Part shown: in pieces, positions 37,185-45,700 of the stretch
How positions within the stretch are numbered: position 1 is the stretch's first letter
Layout of the letters: every line of letters begins with the position of its first letter
Virus record (IMG/VR): IMGVR_UViG_3300047494_000058
Location: 1 to 64,000 of that record
Source: a virus
DNA: 64,000 nt
Direction: 5' to 3' (one strand)
Made by a program: the position numbers and the translations under genes
The notes under the pieces: model-generated
Seen by the model: only the letters and a program-made list of their open reading frames with translations
Databases searched by the model: none
What the model was told of the DNA's origin: nothing

Positions 37185-37445
37185 TTATCTCAGCTGCGAG
37201 TCCATCGGAGCGCGGCGGTTGTGCTGCGTGGCGCGAAACTCGGCGTCGTGTTCAGCCTGGCAGTGGACGCAGCGCACGGCGTGCGGCATCAGCTGCCGGC
37301 GCTGCACCGGGATCAACTCGCCACAGCCCTTGCAATCCGCCCGGCCGGGGCCGGCCGCCTGGCCGCGGGCACGGGCAACCGCGTCCGCGATCGTTGCATC
37401 GATCTGGTCCTGCACCGCCCCGTCCCGTGTGAATCCGCTGCTCAT
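37185..37445 (-). CDS. ybiI: DksA/TraR C4 zinc-finger protein, YbiI-like
   Basis: SG...D.AV..QI..TI.DA.ARAR, CxxC.IP..RR...P...CxxCQ and NRR...DSQLR C-terminus, all closely matching bacterial YbiI. Confidence 0.85.
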   Translation of the reverse strand: MSSGFTRDGAVQDQIDATIADAVARARGQAAGPGRADCKGCGELIPVQRRQLMPHAVRCVHCQAEHDAEFRATQHNRRAPMDSQLR

Positions 37446-37496
37446 AAACCCCGCCCCGTGCTGTGTGTCGATTTTACCACGCCGTCCCGCGGTGTA

Positions 37497-37811
37497 CTAG
37501 TAGCCGCGGTACCGGAGTTTGAACCCGTCCTTGCCCAGGGTCTTGAGGTCGGCCAGGCGCTCCTCGCACACCGACACCAGCCGCTCGTACTTGCGGACCC
37601 GCATGGTCGCCCGCATCTTAGCGCCCAGCCAGGTCTTGCCCTTGTAGGCGTCCGTGCGGGACTTGTCGACGCGGGCCTCCGCCAGGTTGCGGCGATAGTT
37701 GTCCAGGACTTCGGTGAGCCCCTTTTCGCCCGACTCCTGCGTGGCGTAATATGCGAACGCCTGCTCTGTAACGAGGCCGATCAGCTTCCAGTGGTGACGT
37801 GCGATCTTCAT
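37497..37811 (-). CDS. Hypothetical protein
   Basis: Preceded by a conserved promoter/RBS cassette. Confidence 0.65.
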   Translation of the reverse strand: MKIARHHWKLIGLVTEQAFAYYATQESGEKGLTEVLDNYRRNLAEARVDKSRTDAYKGKTWLGAKMRATMRVRKYERLVSVCEERLADLKTLGKDGFKLRYRGY

Positions 37812-37847
37812 TGCTTCTATCCTCTATGTTGAAATCCCGAGAGCACA

Positions 37848-38314
37848 TTACACCACACCTCGGGCTCTTGCACAATTCCCCGGGCGCAGCAGCGCCTCGC
37901 CAGCACAGGTGGGGCAATAAGTCTCGGACACGGGGTCATATGGGTCGCCCTCGCAGGTCGGGCACTTGTCGTAGACGGTGCAACCGGCGGCAGAGTTTAC
38001 CTCCAACTTGAGTGACCGGATGCGGCCTAGCAGGAACTCCTTCTCGCTGTATGTCTCCTTTACCATCAATTCGTCGTCGCCATTTTGAGCTCGTGATCGC
38101 CGCACCAGTCGCGCATCGGGTCGACGGTCATCCAGCACGTGGCATGGATCGGCTGCGGTCCGTTAGGCGACTGAATGAACGTGCCAATGACCTGGCCCGG
38201 CCGGCGTCGGCAGGCACAAAGCGTCGACAGGTCCGGCAGGACCATCCGGTCCATGTACAGGCAGGTCGAGCATGAGCGCGGGTTCAGTTGGTCTTCGTAC
38301 TTGGTCTTATCCAT
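37848..38314 (-). CDS. Two small Cys-rich hypothetical proteins (37848-38066 and 38066-38314)
   Basis: TGATG overlaps. Motifs CPTC x2, and CxxC..CRR.P..DWCG. Confidence 0.6.
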
Positions 38315-38610
38315 CAGGGCCCCAAGGTGTTGGCAATCAATGTGGCATAGCCAGCGATGTCGTGCCAGCTGTCATAATGGTATGGGTCGCCGTTCAAGAT
38401 GCGCGCGATCTTTACCGAAATTATCGAAAGTGCTTCGCGCATATGCGGCGGGATCGGACGCCACCCGGCATCGTCAACTTCACTCTGCGGGTGCCAGTTC
38501 GGCGTGTTCATCATCACGGCCAGGAGCGCCTGCGAGATCTCGGACTGCTCGATGAAGCTGCCGTAGGTCTTGCCACGCTCCGCCAGTGTGGCCTGAATGT
38601 TATCAGTCAT
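38314..38610 (-). CDS. DUF6378-like phage nucleotide-metabolism-associated protein
   Basis: TL.ERG..YG.F and EAL..I..KIARILNGDP...DSW.DIAGYA.L motifs. Confidence 0.8.
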   Translation of the reverse strand: MTDNIQATLAERGKTYGSFIEQSEISQALLAVMMNTPNWHPQSEVDDAGWRPIPPHMREALSIISVKIARILNGDPYHYDSWHDIAGYATLIANTLGP

Positions 38611-39181
38611 TGGCTGCTCCTCGCGTCACATCGTCCACCATGACAGCCCATACCTCGTCGGCCGGCAGGCACGATTTCAGGACCCCGGGAACCTTCCCCC
38701 ACTGATAGGAGCCCTGTTTGGCCGCGGCCCCGTATGCAGCCCGGAATTGGTCGCGCAGGGACACCATGACGTGCCGGCGGTCCAGGCCGCCGTTTTGGTA
38801 GGCGAACAACGCGGTTTCGGTAATGTCGGCCAGCTTTACCACGGCGTCGACTATGGTGCCCTTATGGCCACGACCGCCCCGGACCTCGATCACGTCGCGG
38901 GCGTTCTCCTCGATCAGCCGGTAGACGTCGGGAGCCACCGCCTTGGCCGTGGCCGGGATGTCGCCCGTCAGCACTTCATGCAGGTCGTGGGCAAGTGCCC
39001 AGCGCTCGATGGCGGCCATGTCCAGCGAGTTGTGGTGATCAACGCCGATCGCCTCCGCGATGGCGCAGGCGATGTGGTACACGCGGTACTGGTGTTCGGC
39101 CAGCGACTGTGGGCGCGTGAGCGCTACAATCGTCCAGCGCTTGACCTCGGTCGCGCGCAGTGCTAATTCAAGGTTGGGCAT
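38603..39181 (-). CDS. datZ: HD-domain dATP phosphohydrolase (DatZ-like)
   Basis: LRA..V.RW.IV....Q..AEH..RV, AL.HDL.E..TGD.P...K and K.AD..E..LF motifs. Co-occurs with purZ. Confidence 0.8.
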   Translation of the reverse strand: MPNLELALRATEVKRWTIVALTRPQSLAEHQYRVYHIACAIAEAIGVDHHNSLDMAAIERWALAHDLHEVLTGDIPATAKAVAPDVYRLIEENARDVIEVRGGRGHKGTIVDAVVKLADITETALFAYQNGGLDRRHVMVSLRDQFRAAYGAAAKQGSYQWGKVPGVLKSCLPADEVWAVMVDDVTRGAAND

Positions 39182-40233
39182 CGGGTAGATCCTTCGGGGT
39201 CACGGTAGAGGAGACCGCTGCGCATATGATAGCAGCGGCCGAAAGCGACGAAATCGCGGTCCACGTCCTTCGTCAGCGGCGCGCATTCGTGCGGTATGAG
39301 CCCGGAGTCCGGGCATACGATAGCGGGCTTGTCGGCCAGCGCCTGGTCGGGGTCGTCGCTGCGCATCACGCCGGTAGCGTGCAGGAGTGCGAAGACGCCT
39401 GCCCCTATAAGGCCGCCCAGCGCCGGCAACGCGATCTTGGACTCCCTCATATTACTCCAGGTACTCATAACAGCGTCACCTTGCGACCCAGGCGCTGCGA
39501 CAGGTCGGCCTCGTAGTCCTGCACCTCGCGCCTCATGGCGTCGCGCACGGCCCGGTGGTATTCGATCTCGGTGAACACGCCTTTTTCCATGAGCAGCCGG
39601 GCCAGCGCCGCGTCGTTCACCATCGCGGAATTGATTCCGACCCGCACATGCTTGGGGTCGGCTATGTCCTGGTCGTACTGCAGCAGCATCTTAACGCCGG
39701 TCTGCATCGCGTGGGCCAGCGCCATGTACTCCTGGCGCAGCGTGTCGATAATGTCTTCGTTCATTTCTTCTCCTCGGGTTCGGGGATGCCCAGATGTTCG
39801 CGGATTAGCCGGCGCAGCTTGTAGGCGCGGGTAAAGTTCGGGGCCTTTAGGGCCTGCTGCAACAGGTCCTGGGCCACTAGTAGCTTAGCGTGCACGCGGT
39901 CGCGGTCGGCGACCATGGCCGTGAACCGCTGGTCCATGACCTTAAGCTCGTTCATCATGGCTTTGAATCCGGTTCGGAAGTAGCCGCAGGGCTAGATTGT
40001 GTCGGTTTGACGAAGTTGGGCAGCCCCACACTGCGAAGAATCTCGTTACAGGCGTCCAGCAATCGGGGGTGAAAATAATACAGCCCAGCCATCTTCGTCA
40101 GCGCCGCCTCCAGCGCAGCAACGCGGTCGCTTGCGGCGAACAGGGCATCCCTATAACCAGGATGGGGAAAGCACACCTTGTCGTTTACCGCTCGAATGAT
40201 GGGCACCAAATCGTCCGATGTTCTGTCATCCAT
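39163..40233 (-). CDS. Four small hypothetical genes (39163-39468, 39465-39764, 39761-39958, 39955-40233)
   Basis: Chain of ATGA overlaps on the minus strand. Confidence 0.55.
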
Positions 40234-40756
40234 GAGGCACCTCTGTCTGAGATGCTGTCACTTCGCTCATCAGGATCGGCGCGAGGCCGGTCCATTCCGC
40301 CGACACACAAACGTAGCGTTCGTCCGGCTCATCGTCGTAGGCTTCGTGTGTTTTCATGACTCGCTTGCTGTGCATGTGGCCGTGGATGTTCTTGGCATAC
40401 CGGTACATCTGGTTCTGGTGGATCGGTACGTGGGTCAACAGGCAACCGTTGTACTCGGCGGCTCCGTAAATCTTGCCGAAGTAGGTTTGATAAACCTCCA
40501 GCGGATAGTGATCGTGGTTGCCCAGCACGAGGCGCTTGTAGCCATTCAGCGAAGCCAGCACCTTGTGCCCGTCCTTGCCGAAGAACACGTCCCCTAGATG
40601 CCACACGGTGTCCCGCTTGGTAACAACCGCATTCCATCGGGCCACCAGTTCGGCGTCATGGGCTTCGATTGTGTCGAATGGCCGCGCCTCCTTCTCGAAC
40701 TCTATGACCCGCTTGTGCCCAAAATGGGTATCCGAGATTACGAATACGCGGCTCAT
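40226..40756 (-). CDS. Calcineurin-like metallophosphoesterase
   Basis: SDTHFGH, HLGD, GNHD, THVP and IHGHMH motifs. The start is placed at MSRVFVISD. Confidence 0.9.
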   Translation of the reverse strand: MSRVFVISDTHFGHKRVIEFEKEARPFDTIEAHDAELVARWNAVVTKRDTVWHLGDVFFGKDGHKVLASLNGYKRLVLGNHDHYPLEVYQTYFGKIYGAAEYNGCLLTHVPIHQNQMYRYAKNIHGHMHSKRVMKTHEAYDDEPDERYVCVSAEWTGLAPILMSEVTASQTEVPHG

Positions 40757-40963
40757 GCGGCTGGGTCTTTTATGGGCGGTGGGCGAATCTCTGATCGCGC
40801 CAATTCCAGCGCCTGGTCCCAAGGCATTTCGCAGCCGTCGTACAGTTCGCGCGCCCTTCGACCTATCGCCAAATCCTCAGCGGTGGGTCCGCACAACCTC
40901 GTCGGGCTTTGCCTATACCATTCATCGAAGTTCACTACTCACCTCCCTTTGCAGATGCGGAGT

Positions 40964-41251
40964 TCACCGCGAACTCTCCAGATTACTCGCTGCAGTGAAC
41001 CCCAATTCATACGCGGCCTGCCTTATAGCCTCCTCGTCCAACTCGGCCTTAATGGCCCGCGACAGCCAGGAGCCCCACATCCGGTTGAGGTTCCCGTCCC
41101 GGTACTGACCGATGAACTCACCCGCGGTGTCGTAGGTGCCGCCCTCGGCGGGCCAGGAACCGGCCATGACCCGGCGCACCCAGCCCTCGAAGATCGGACG
41201 CTCCCTGTCCATCAGGGCGACGCGCTGCTCCATCGACTTGAACTCTTTCAT
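40964..41251 (-). CDS. Hypothetical protein
   Basis: ATAGAGGATAG leader before ATG 41251. Confidence 0.6.
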   Translation of the reverse strand: MKEFKSMEQRVALMDRERPIFEGWVRRVMAGSWPAEGGTYDTAGEFIGQYRDGNLNRMWGSWLSRAIKAELDEEAIRQAAYELGFTAASNLESSR

Positions 41252-41262
41252 ATTGCTATCCT

Positions 41263-41523
41263 CTATTTGATAGACGCAAAACCCGCCGCCCACAACCGGT
41301 TTGACTCGTTACCGTCCGGATAAGGGTTCGTGCGCCCATCGTTCTGAATCGCATCCCGTTGTCCGCGCTCGTAGGCGCCCTGCACTCGATAATGCTCCAG
41401 TTCGGCGGCATCGGCGACAAGTAACCGCTCAACATCTCGCAACTCGACGTAATCGCCCATACCGCGGTCTTCGCGCATACCAACCACGGTCCAGTGTAGC
41501 ACACGGAGGTTTCTCGGCGTCAT
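41263..41523 (-). CDS. Hypothetical protein with C-terminal Rmf-like motif
   Basis: AYERG..DA...G..NPY.......W.AGF motif. Confidence 0.5.
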   Translation of the reverse strand: MTPRNLRVLHWTVVGMREDRGMGDYVELRDVERLLVADAAELEHYRVQGAYERGQRDAIQNDGRTNPYPDGNESNRLWAAGFASIK

Positions 41524-41885
41524 CACCGCACCACCACCGTGATCTGCGTCGGGACACCCGGCGTCTGGAACGGGATCGCCGCGCAGGCCGTCGCGCTCTG
41601 TGCCCCCTCCTGGCCATTTGCAACCGCAGTGACTGCAAAACACTGCGTCGTGCCGGGCGTGAGGCCCGCGCTGATCAGCACCCCAGTGTTGGCCAGGGCC
41701 GACTGCACCTTGACCAGGGTCGAGCCCTGTGCCGCCTGGTACACGTTGTAGGTCAGCGTCGCCGTGATCGTTGAGCCGTCGCTGTTGAGCGTCGGCGCCG
41801 TCCAGGACAACGATGCAGTAGGCGATGCCCAGGCTGCTGCAGCGATCACACAGCCAATCAACATACTGATAATCCGTTTCATCAT
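41523..41885 (-). CDS. Secreted single fibronectin type III domain protein
   Basis: GGAG RBS, signal peptide ending AAWA|SP, and LSWTAPT.N.DGS...YNVY..GL.PG...FAVTAV...EG..S. Confidence 0.75.
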   Translation of the reverse strand: MMKRIISMLIGCVIAAAAWASPTASLSWTAPTLNSDGSTITATLTYNVYQAAQGSTLVKVQSALANTGVLISAGLTPGTTQCFAVTAVANGQEGAQSATACAAIPFQTPGVPTQITVVVR

Positions 41886-41905
41886 TCATCTCCATGTGTA
41901 AGAAA

Positions 41906-42466
41906 CTATAATGCTCCGTCGGGCCCCAGCGGCGGACATTCGATGCAGTCGCAGCCCGGCGCCTCGCAGTGGTGCGGGTTATCGTGCTGGGTCCAGGAGT
42001 GCCCACATGTGGGGCACGCGGCAGGGCGCGGCAGGTTCGTGATCTCCGGCCCCTCATTGTGCGGCGTCGGTGTCGGGTTCAAGGGGTCGACGCGCCGCGG
42101 CAGGGCCGGATTCTCAGGGTCGTTGTCCTGCTCGCCGGTCGGCAGTGGCGGTATGCTTGTGCTCATGGGTCGCTCCTCGATGTGTTGTGCCAGGCCGGTG
42201 ACCTCGTCGAACACCCAGCGCCTGGCCTCGTTTATTTCCATCTTCTCGGCGATCGCCTTCGCGATGTTGATGTGGTTCATGCTGCAGTAGTCGAGCAGCA
42301 GGATGAAGACGTCGGCCGCCTCGTGCGGGCTCGACGGGTCAGCGATAAGCTCGCCCACCTCCTGGTATAGTTTGAGGAACACGCCGGCCGACGTGCGCTT
42401 GGGGAACTGCCGGCTGGCCCAGGCCGTCACGGCGCGCTGGACGTCGGAGAAGCTGTCCCAGTTCAC
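41906..42466 (-). CDS. mazZ: MazG-like (d)GTP diphosphohydrolase MazZ (DUF550-type) with a C-terminal Pro-rich/Zn-finger extension
   Basis: GTG start overlapping the purZ stop. Motifs W...QFP, KL..EV.EL..P....E.AD..ILLLD and KM.IN..R.W. Confidence 0.78.
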   Translation of the reverse strand: MNWDSFSDVQRAVTAWASRQFPKRTSAGVFLKLYQEVGELIADPSSPHEAADVFILLLDYCSMNHINIAKAIAEKMEINEARRWVFDEVTGLAQHIEERPMSTSIPPLPTGEQDNDPENPALPRRVDPLNPTPTPHNEGPEITNLPRPAACPTCGHSWTQHDNPHHCEAPGCDCIECPPLGPDGAL

Positions 42467-43608
42467 TTGAACCACCTGCTGAAGCTGCCCTGGCTGAGCC
42501 ACTGCGCGGTGAACACGTCGTCCACATAGATCGCGTCCGCGGCTGTGGGCCCGAACGTGAGGATGCGCGGCCGGACGCCGGTCCAACTCTCAATCTCGAC
42601 CAGCCACTTGGACAGCTTCTCGCCGATGTTCTGCCCGTACTCGGGCTGCGGCGCCACATAGTCGGCAAACGTCAGTACCAGGTGGTTGGGGCTGCAGATC
42701 CAGGCGGCCTCGCGGGCCTGCTGAGCGCTGAACGTGAACACGCGCCGCGGCAGCCGAGTTACGGTCGTGAGTTCGGGCTCGCGGCCGAGGTCGGCCTGCC
42801 AGTCAAGTTCTGTCTGGTCGTCGTAGCATGCGCCGGACGTTCCGACGAGGCTTCCGTCGGCCGCGTCGTAGCGATTCGCTACTCTGATGGGGAATGTGCG
42901 CATCGTGCCCCAGACGGTGGCCCCCCGTGCGGTGTCGAACGGTATCCTGCAGTCGGCCAGCAGCTGCGTCACGCTGACGTCGCGCGAGGTCGTGTGCGGC
43001 CAGAACTTGGTGTGGCTGCCCAGCGAGAACCCCTGGGCGCCCTCGATCAGGATGTGCCGGGCGGTCGCGACCTCGGAGTTGTACAACTGCTCGGACACGC
43101 AGAACTGCACGTCAATCATCGCCAGCGCCTTCTGGATGTCGCGATACAGGGCCATCGGGGCGTCGCGGGCCAGCGGCGACTTGTACGGGTCGCGCCAGAT
43201 CTTGTCGATGGTCGCGGCCGAGGTGCCCTTCATCGTGGAGCCGATGCGCGCCAGCACCTTCTCGGCCTCGGCGTGCCGCGGCTGCAGGATGCAGGCGTTG
43301 GGGTGAATCACGATACGCTTACCGGCCAGGTAGCTGCGGGCCGCCTTGGCCTCGGCCAGCAGCGAGTCCAGGTTCACCACCGACCCGGGGCCGATCAGCT
43401 GCGTGCACACGCTGTGGCACACCAGGCTGTTGGCCAGCATTGTGTGCACGAACTTGTGGCCCGCGGCGTTGATCGCCGTGTGGCCGGCGTTCGGGCCCCA
43501 AGCCGTCATCGCCACGTCGGGCTGCAGCTGTTCGCCCAGGAGGTGTGCCAGCGCGCCCTTACCGGTGCTGCCGTACTGCATATCGACCACTATATCAAGC
43601 TTTGTCAT
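42463..43608 (-). CDS. purZ: 2-aminoadenylosuccinate synthetase PurZ
   Basis: PurA fold with QYGSTGKG (Ser in place of the catalytic Asp of PurA GDEGKG). Also PNAGHT, EGAQG.SL, TSRD, RTFPIRVANR and TTVTRLPRRVF. Confidence 0.93.
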   Translation of the reverse strand: MTKLDIVVDMQYGSTGKGALAHLLGEQLQPDVAMTAWGPNAGHTAINAAGHKFVHTMLANSLVCHSVCTQLIGPGSVVNLDSLLAEAKAARSYLAGKRIVIHPNACILQPRHAEAEKVLARIGSTMKGTSAATIDKIWRDPYKSPLARDAPMALYRDIQKALAMIDVQFCVSEQLYNSEVATARHILIEGAQGFSLGSHTKFWPHTTSRDVSVTQLLADCRIPFDTARGATVWGTMRTFPIRVANRYDAADGSLVGTSGACYDDQTELDWQADLGREPELTTVTRLPRRVFTFSAQQAREAAWICSPNHLVLTFADYVAPQPEYGQNIGEKLSKWLVEIESWTGVRPRILTFGPTAADAIYVDDVFTAQWLSQGSFSRWFK

Positions 43609-45446
43609 TTTGCCGTCGCCTCGAACCAGTTCTTACCAGTCTTGCCTTTGCAGAGTATGGGAACCCTGAACTTCAGGGGTGTCTTTTCGCCATCGAACCG
43701 TTGCAACAGGTCGAGGATGTCGACCTGCTTGACCTGCTTGCCTAGCGAGATGCACAGTTCGTCGTGCACCGACAGCATCAGGCGCGAGTCGGTCCCGTGC
43801 AGCATCTCGGCGACCTCGATCATCTTGTATTTGATGATGTCGGCGCAGGCGCCCTGGAACAGGAGCCCTGCGGCCTTGTGCGCGCCCTGACCTCGCGGGA
43901 AGTGCAGTCGGCGCTTCAAGGGCGTAAGGATGTAGCCGCGGGCCTTGGCCACGGACTCGGCGCCGTTGGTCATGCCCTTGATGCCAGGGATCGTCGCGTG
44001 GTATTTCTTGAAGATCGCCTCCGCGGCCTCGCCGGCCCGGAAGTAGCCGCGCTCGTCCACCCAGTAAGGCAGGCCCATCTCGCGCGCCAGCTTCCCCTGG
44101 CCCATACCAAACACCATCGCAAGGTTAATCTGCTTGGCGTTAGCTCCGCCGGTCTTCTGGTCGCGGTTACGCGGCACGCCCACCAGCTTCGACACCAGGC
44201 CGTGGAAGTCGACCATGGGGTCGGCCGCGTAGGCGTCGAGCAGTACGGGCTCCTTCACGTAGTGCGCAAAGCAGCGAAAGTCGATCTGGTCGTAGTCCGC
44301 GCTCAACCAGCTGTTGCCGACGTCGGGCAGGAACAGCGACCGCACTATGCGGGCAAGCTTCACGTCCCTCGCGTGGATCTGTTGCAGTGCGGGCTCGGTC
44401 ACGCTCATGCGGCCGGTGGTCGTGCCGGAATCCGCCTCGGTCTTGGTCTGGTTGATGTTGCAGTGGATGTAACCCTTGTAGCTGTCGCCCAGCACGTACC
44501 GGTTGACGAACACGTCGCGGGCCTTGATCATGCCGCGGATATTCGCGATCAGCCCGGCCTCGGGGAACTTCATATTGTTGAGAGCATGCGTCCGGACCGA
44601 CGCGTTGCCGCCGTCGGTGGGCTCCAGCGGCGTGCCGTCCCGCGCCCGCCACTGGCCCTGGTCGTCCTTCACGGGCGCCACGATCTTGAGCACCTGCGGC
44701 CCTGAGTTCACGTTGACCTTGGAGCCCACCAGGCGGTCGAGTTCGCGCTGGTCGGCCTGGACCTGGCGGTCGAGCTCCTTGGAGGCGATCTCGGCGCGCT
44801 CCAGGTCCACGCGTACGCCGCGCTTCTCCAGGTCCAGCACGACGCCCAGCAGCTGCCGCTCGACACCGCAGATGTAGCGCAGGTCCTGCTTCTCGATCTC
44901 GCGCTCCTGGGCCAGCCAGACGCGCAGCGCTATCGCGGCGTCCGGGCAGGCGTACGTCGCTACCATCTCCTCGGGCGCGTACTGCAGGTTCAGGATCTGC
45001 GCATCCCGCGTGGCCTTGCCACCGTGGGCCTGCGCCAGGGCGCCCCATATCTCGACGCTCTTTTTACCGGCGTCGTACTTGCCACCCAGCGAATCCAGGC
45101 TGTACTCGTGCCGGTGTTCGTCGATCAGCGCCTCGCGAATCATGGTGCAGTCGATCTTGGCCGGGTCGAGCGGACAGCCGGCCTCGCGCAGGAAGTGCGC
45201 GTCGAACTTGATGTTATGGTTGACGACCTTGCGCGCCCGGCGCAACTGGTCAAAAGCCCAGCGGCGCTGGTTCTCGATGCGGATGTCGACGTAGATGCTG
45301 TCGACCTTGGTGCCGCCAGCAAACCAGGCGAAGGCCAGGCCGAACGGCTCGTCCTTCCAGAACTTCAGGCCCGTGGTCTCGGCATCACACGCGATCACGT
45401 GATGGCTCGACAGATCAGGGAGAAGCTTGAGTCGCTGTTGCGTCAC
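43605..45446 (-). CDS. dpoZ: Family A DNA polymerase with 3'-5' exonuclease (DpoZ-like)
   Basis: Exonuclease motifs DAETTG, HNIKFD and YA..D. Polymerase motifs TTGRMS..P.LQQI, ADYDQIDFR, AKQINLAMVFGMG and SVHDE. Translationally coupled to purZ. Confidence 0.88.
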   Translation of the reverse strand: MTQQRLKLLPDLSSHHVIACDAETTGLKFWKDEPFGLAFAWFAGGTKVDSIYVDIRIENQRRWAFDQLRRARKVVNHNIKFDAHFLREAGCPLDPAKIDCTMIREALIDEHRHEYSLDSLGGKYDAGKKSVEIWGALAQAHGGKATRDAQILNLQYAPEEMVATYACPDAAIALRVWLAQEREIEKQDLRYICGVERQLLGVVLDLEKRGVRVDLERAEIASKELDRQVQADQRELDRLVGSKVNVNSGPQVLKIVAPVKDDQGQWRARDGTPLEPTDGGNASVRTHALNNMKFPEAGLIANIRGMIKARDVFVNRYVLGDSYKGYIHCNINQTKTEADSGTTTGRMSVTEPALQQIHARDVKLARIVRSLFLPDVGNSWLSADYDQIDFRCFAHYVKEPVLLDAYAADPMVDFHGLVSKLVGVPRNRDQKTGGANAKQINLAMVFGMGQGKLAREMGLPYWVDERGYFRAGEAAEAIFKKYHATIPGIKGMTNGAESVAKARGYILTPLKRRLHFPRGQGAHKAAGLLFQGACADIIKYKMIEVAEMLHGTDSRLMLSVHDELCISLGKQVKQVDILDLLQRFDGEKTPLKFRVPILCKGKTGKNWFEATAK

Positions 45447-45550
45447 TTACGTCCGCCGGTCCATATCGACACGATTGTCGGTACCAGTATAACCAGGGTA
45501 AGGCATAAGGCCGTGATCGCGTGGTCGATTTGCTCAGGTGCCCAGCACAT
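45443..45550 (-). CDS. 35-aa membrane peptide (MCWAPEQIDHAITALCLTLVILVPTIVSIWTGGRK)
   Basis: Read by eye. It has an ATAGAGGATA leader and its stop overlaps the polymerase GTG. Confidence 0.55.
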   Translation of the reverse strand: MCWAPEQIDHAITALCLTLVILVPTIVSIWTGGRK

Positions 45551-45592
45551 GTCAGTATCCTCTATGATCGAAAACGCATTTTACCACAGGCG

Positions 45593-45700
45593 TCACGCGG
45601 CGTCTACCAGCAGCAGTGTCACCGTAATGATCGCAATAGTAGCCATCAACCAGATCGCATGTTCCCAGGTGAACTGCGGCCGGCGGGGCTTCGGTATCAT
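45593..45700 (-). CDS. 35-aa membrane peptide (MIPKPRRPQFTWEHAIWLMATIAIITVTLLLVDAA)
   Basis: Read by eye. ATGA overlap with the helicase stop and GAGG upstream. Confidence 0.5.
   Translation of the reverse strand: MIPKPRRPQFTWEHAIWLMATIAIITVTLLLVDAA

Larger units (their letters stand above)
37118..37875 (-). promoter_or_regulatory. Two further copies of the same promoter cassette (37118-37184 and 37812-37875)
   Basis: TTGACA-17-TCTAAT and TTGTGC-17-TGTAAT, each with CTCGG and ATAGAGGATAG. Confidence 0.75.

Noticed and set aside
42463-43608. Ordinary adenylosuccinate synthetase purA as an auxiliary metabolic gene
   Set aside because: GSTGKG replaces GDEGKG, Leu replaces the conserved Arg in the TTGR loop, and the mazZ/datZ/polA context indicates PurZ.
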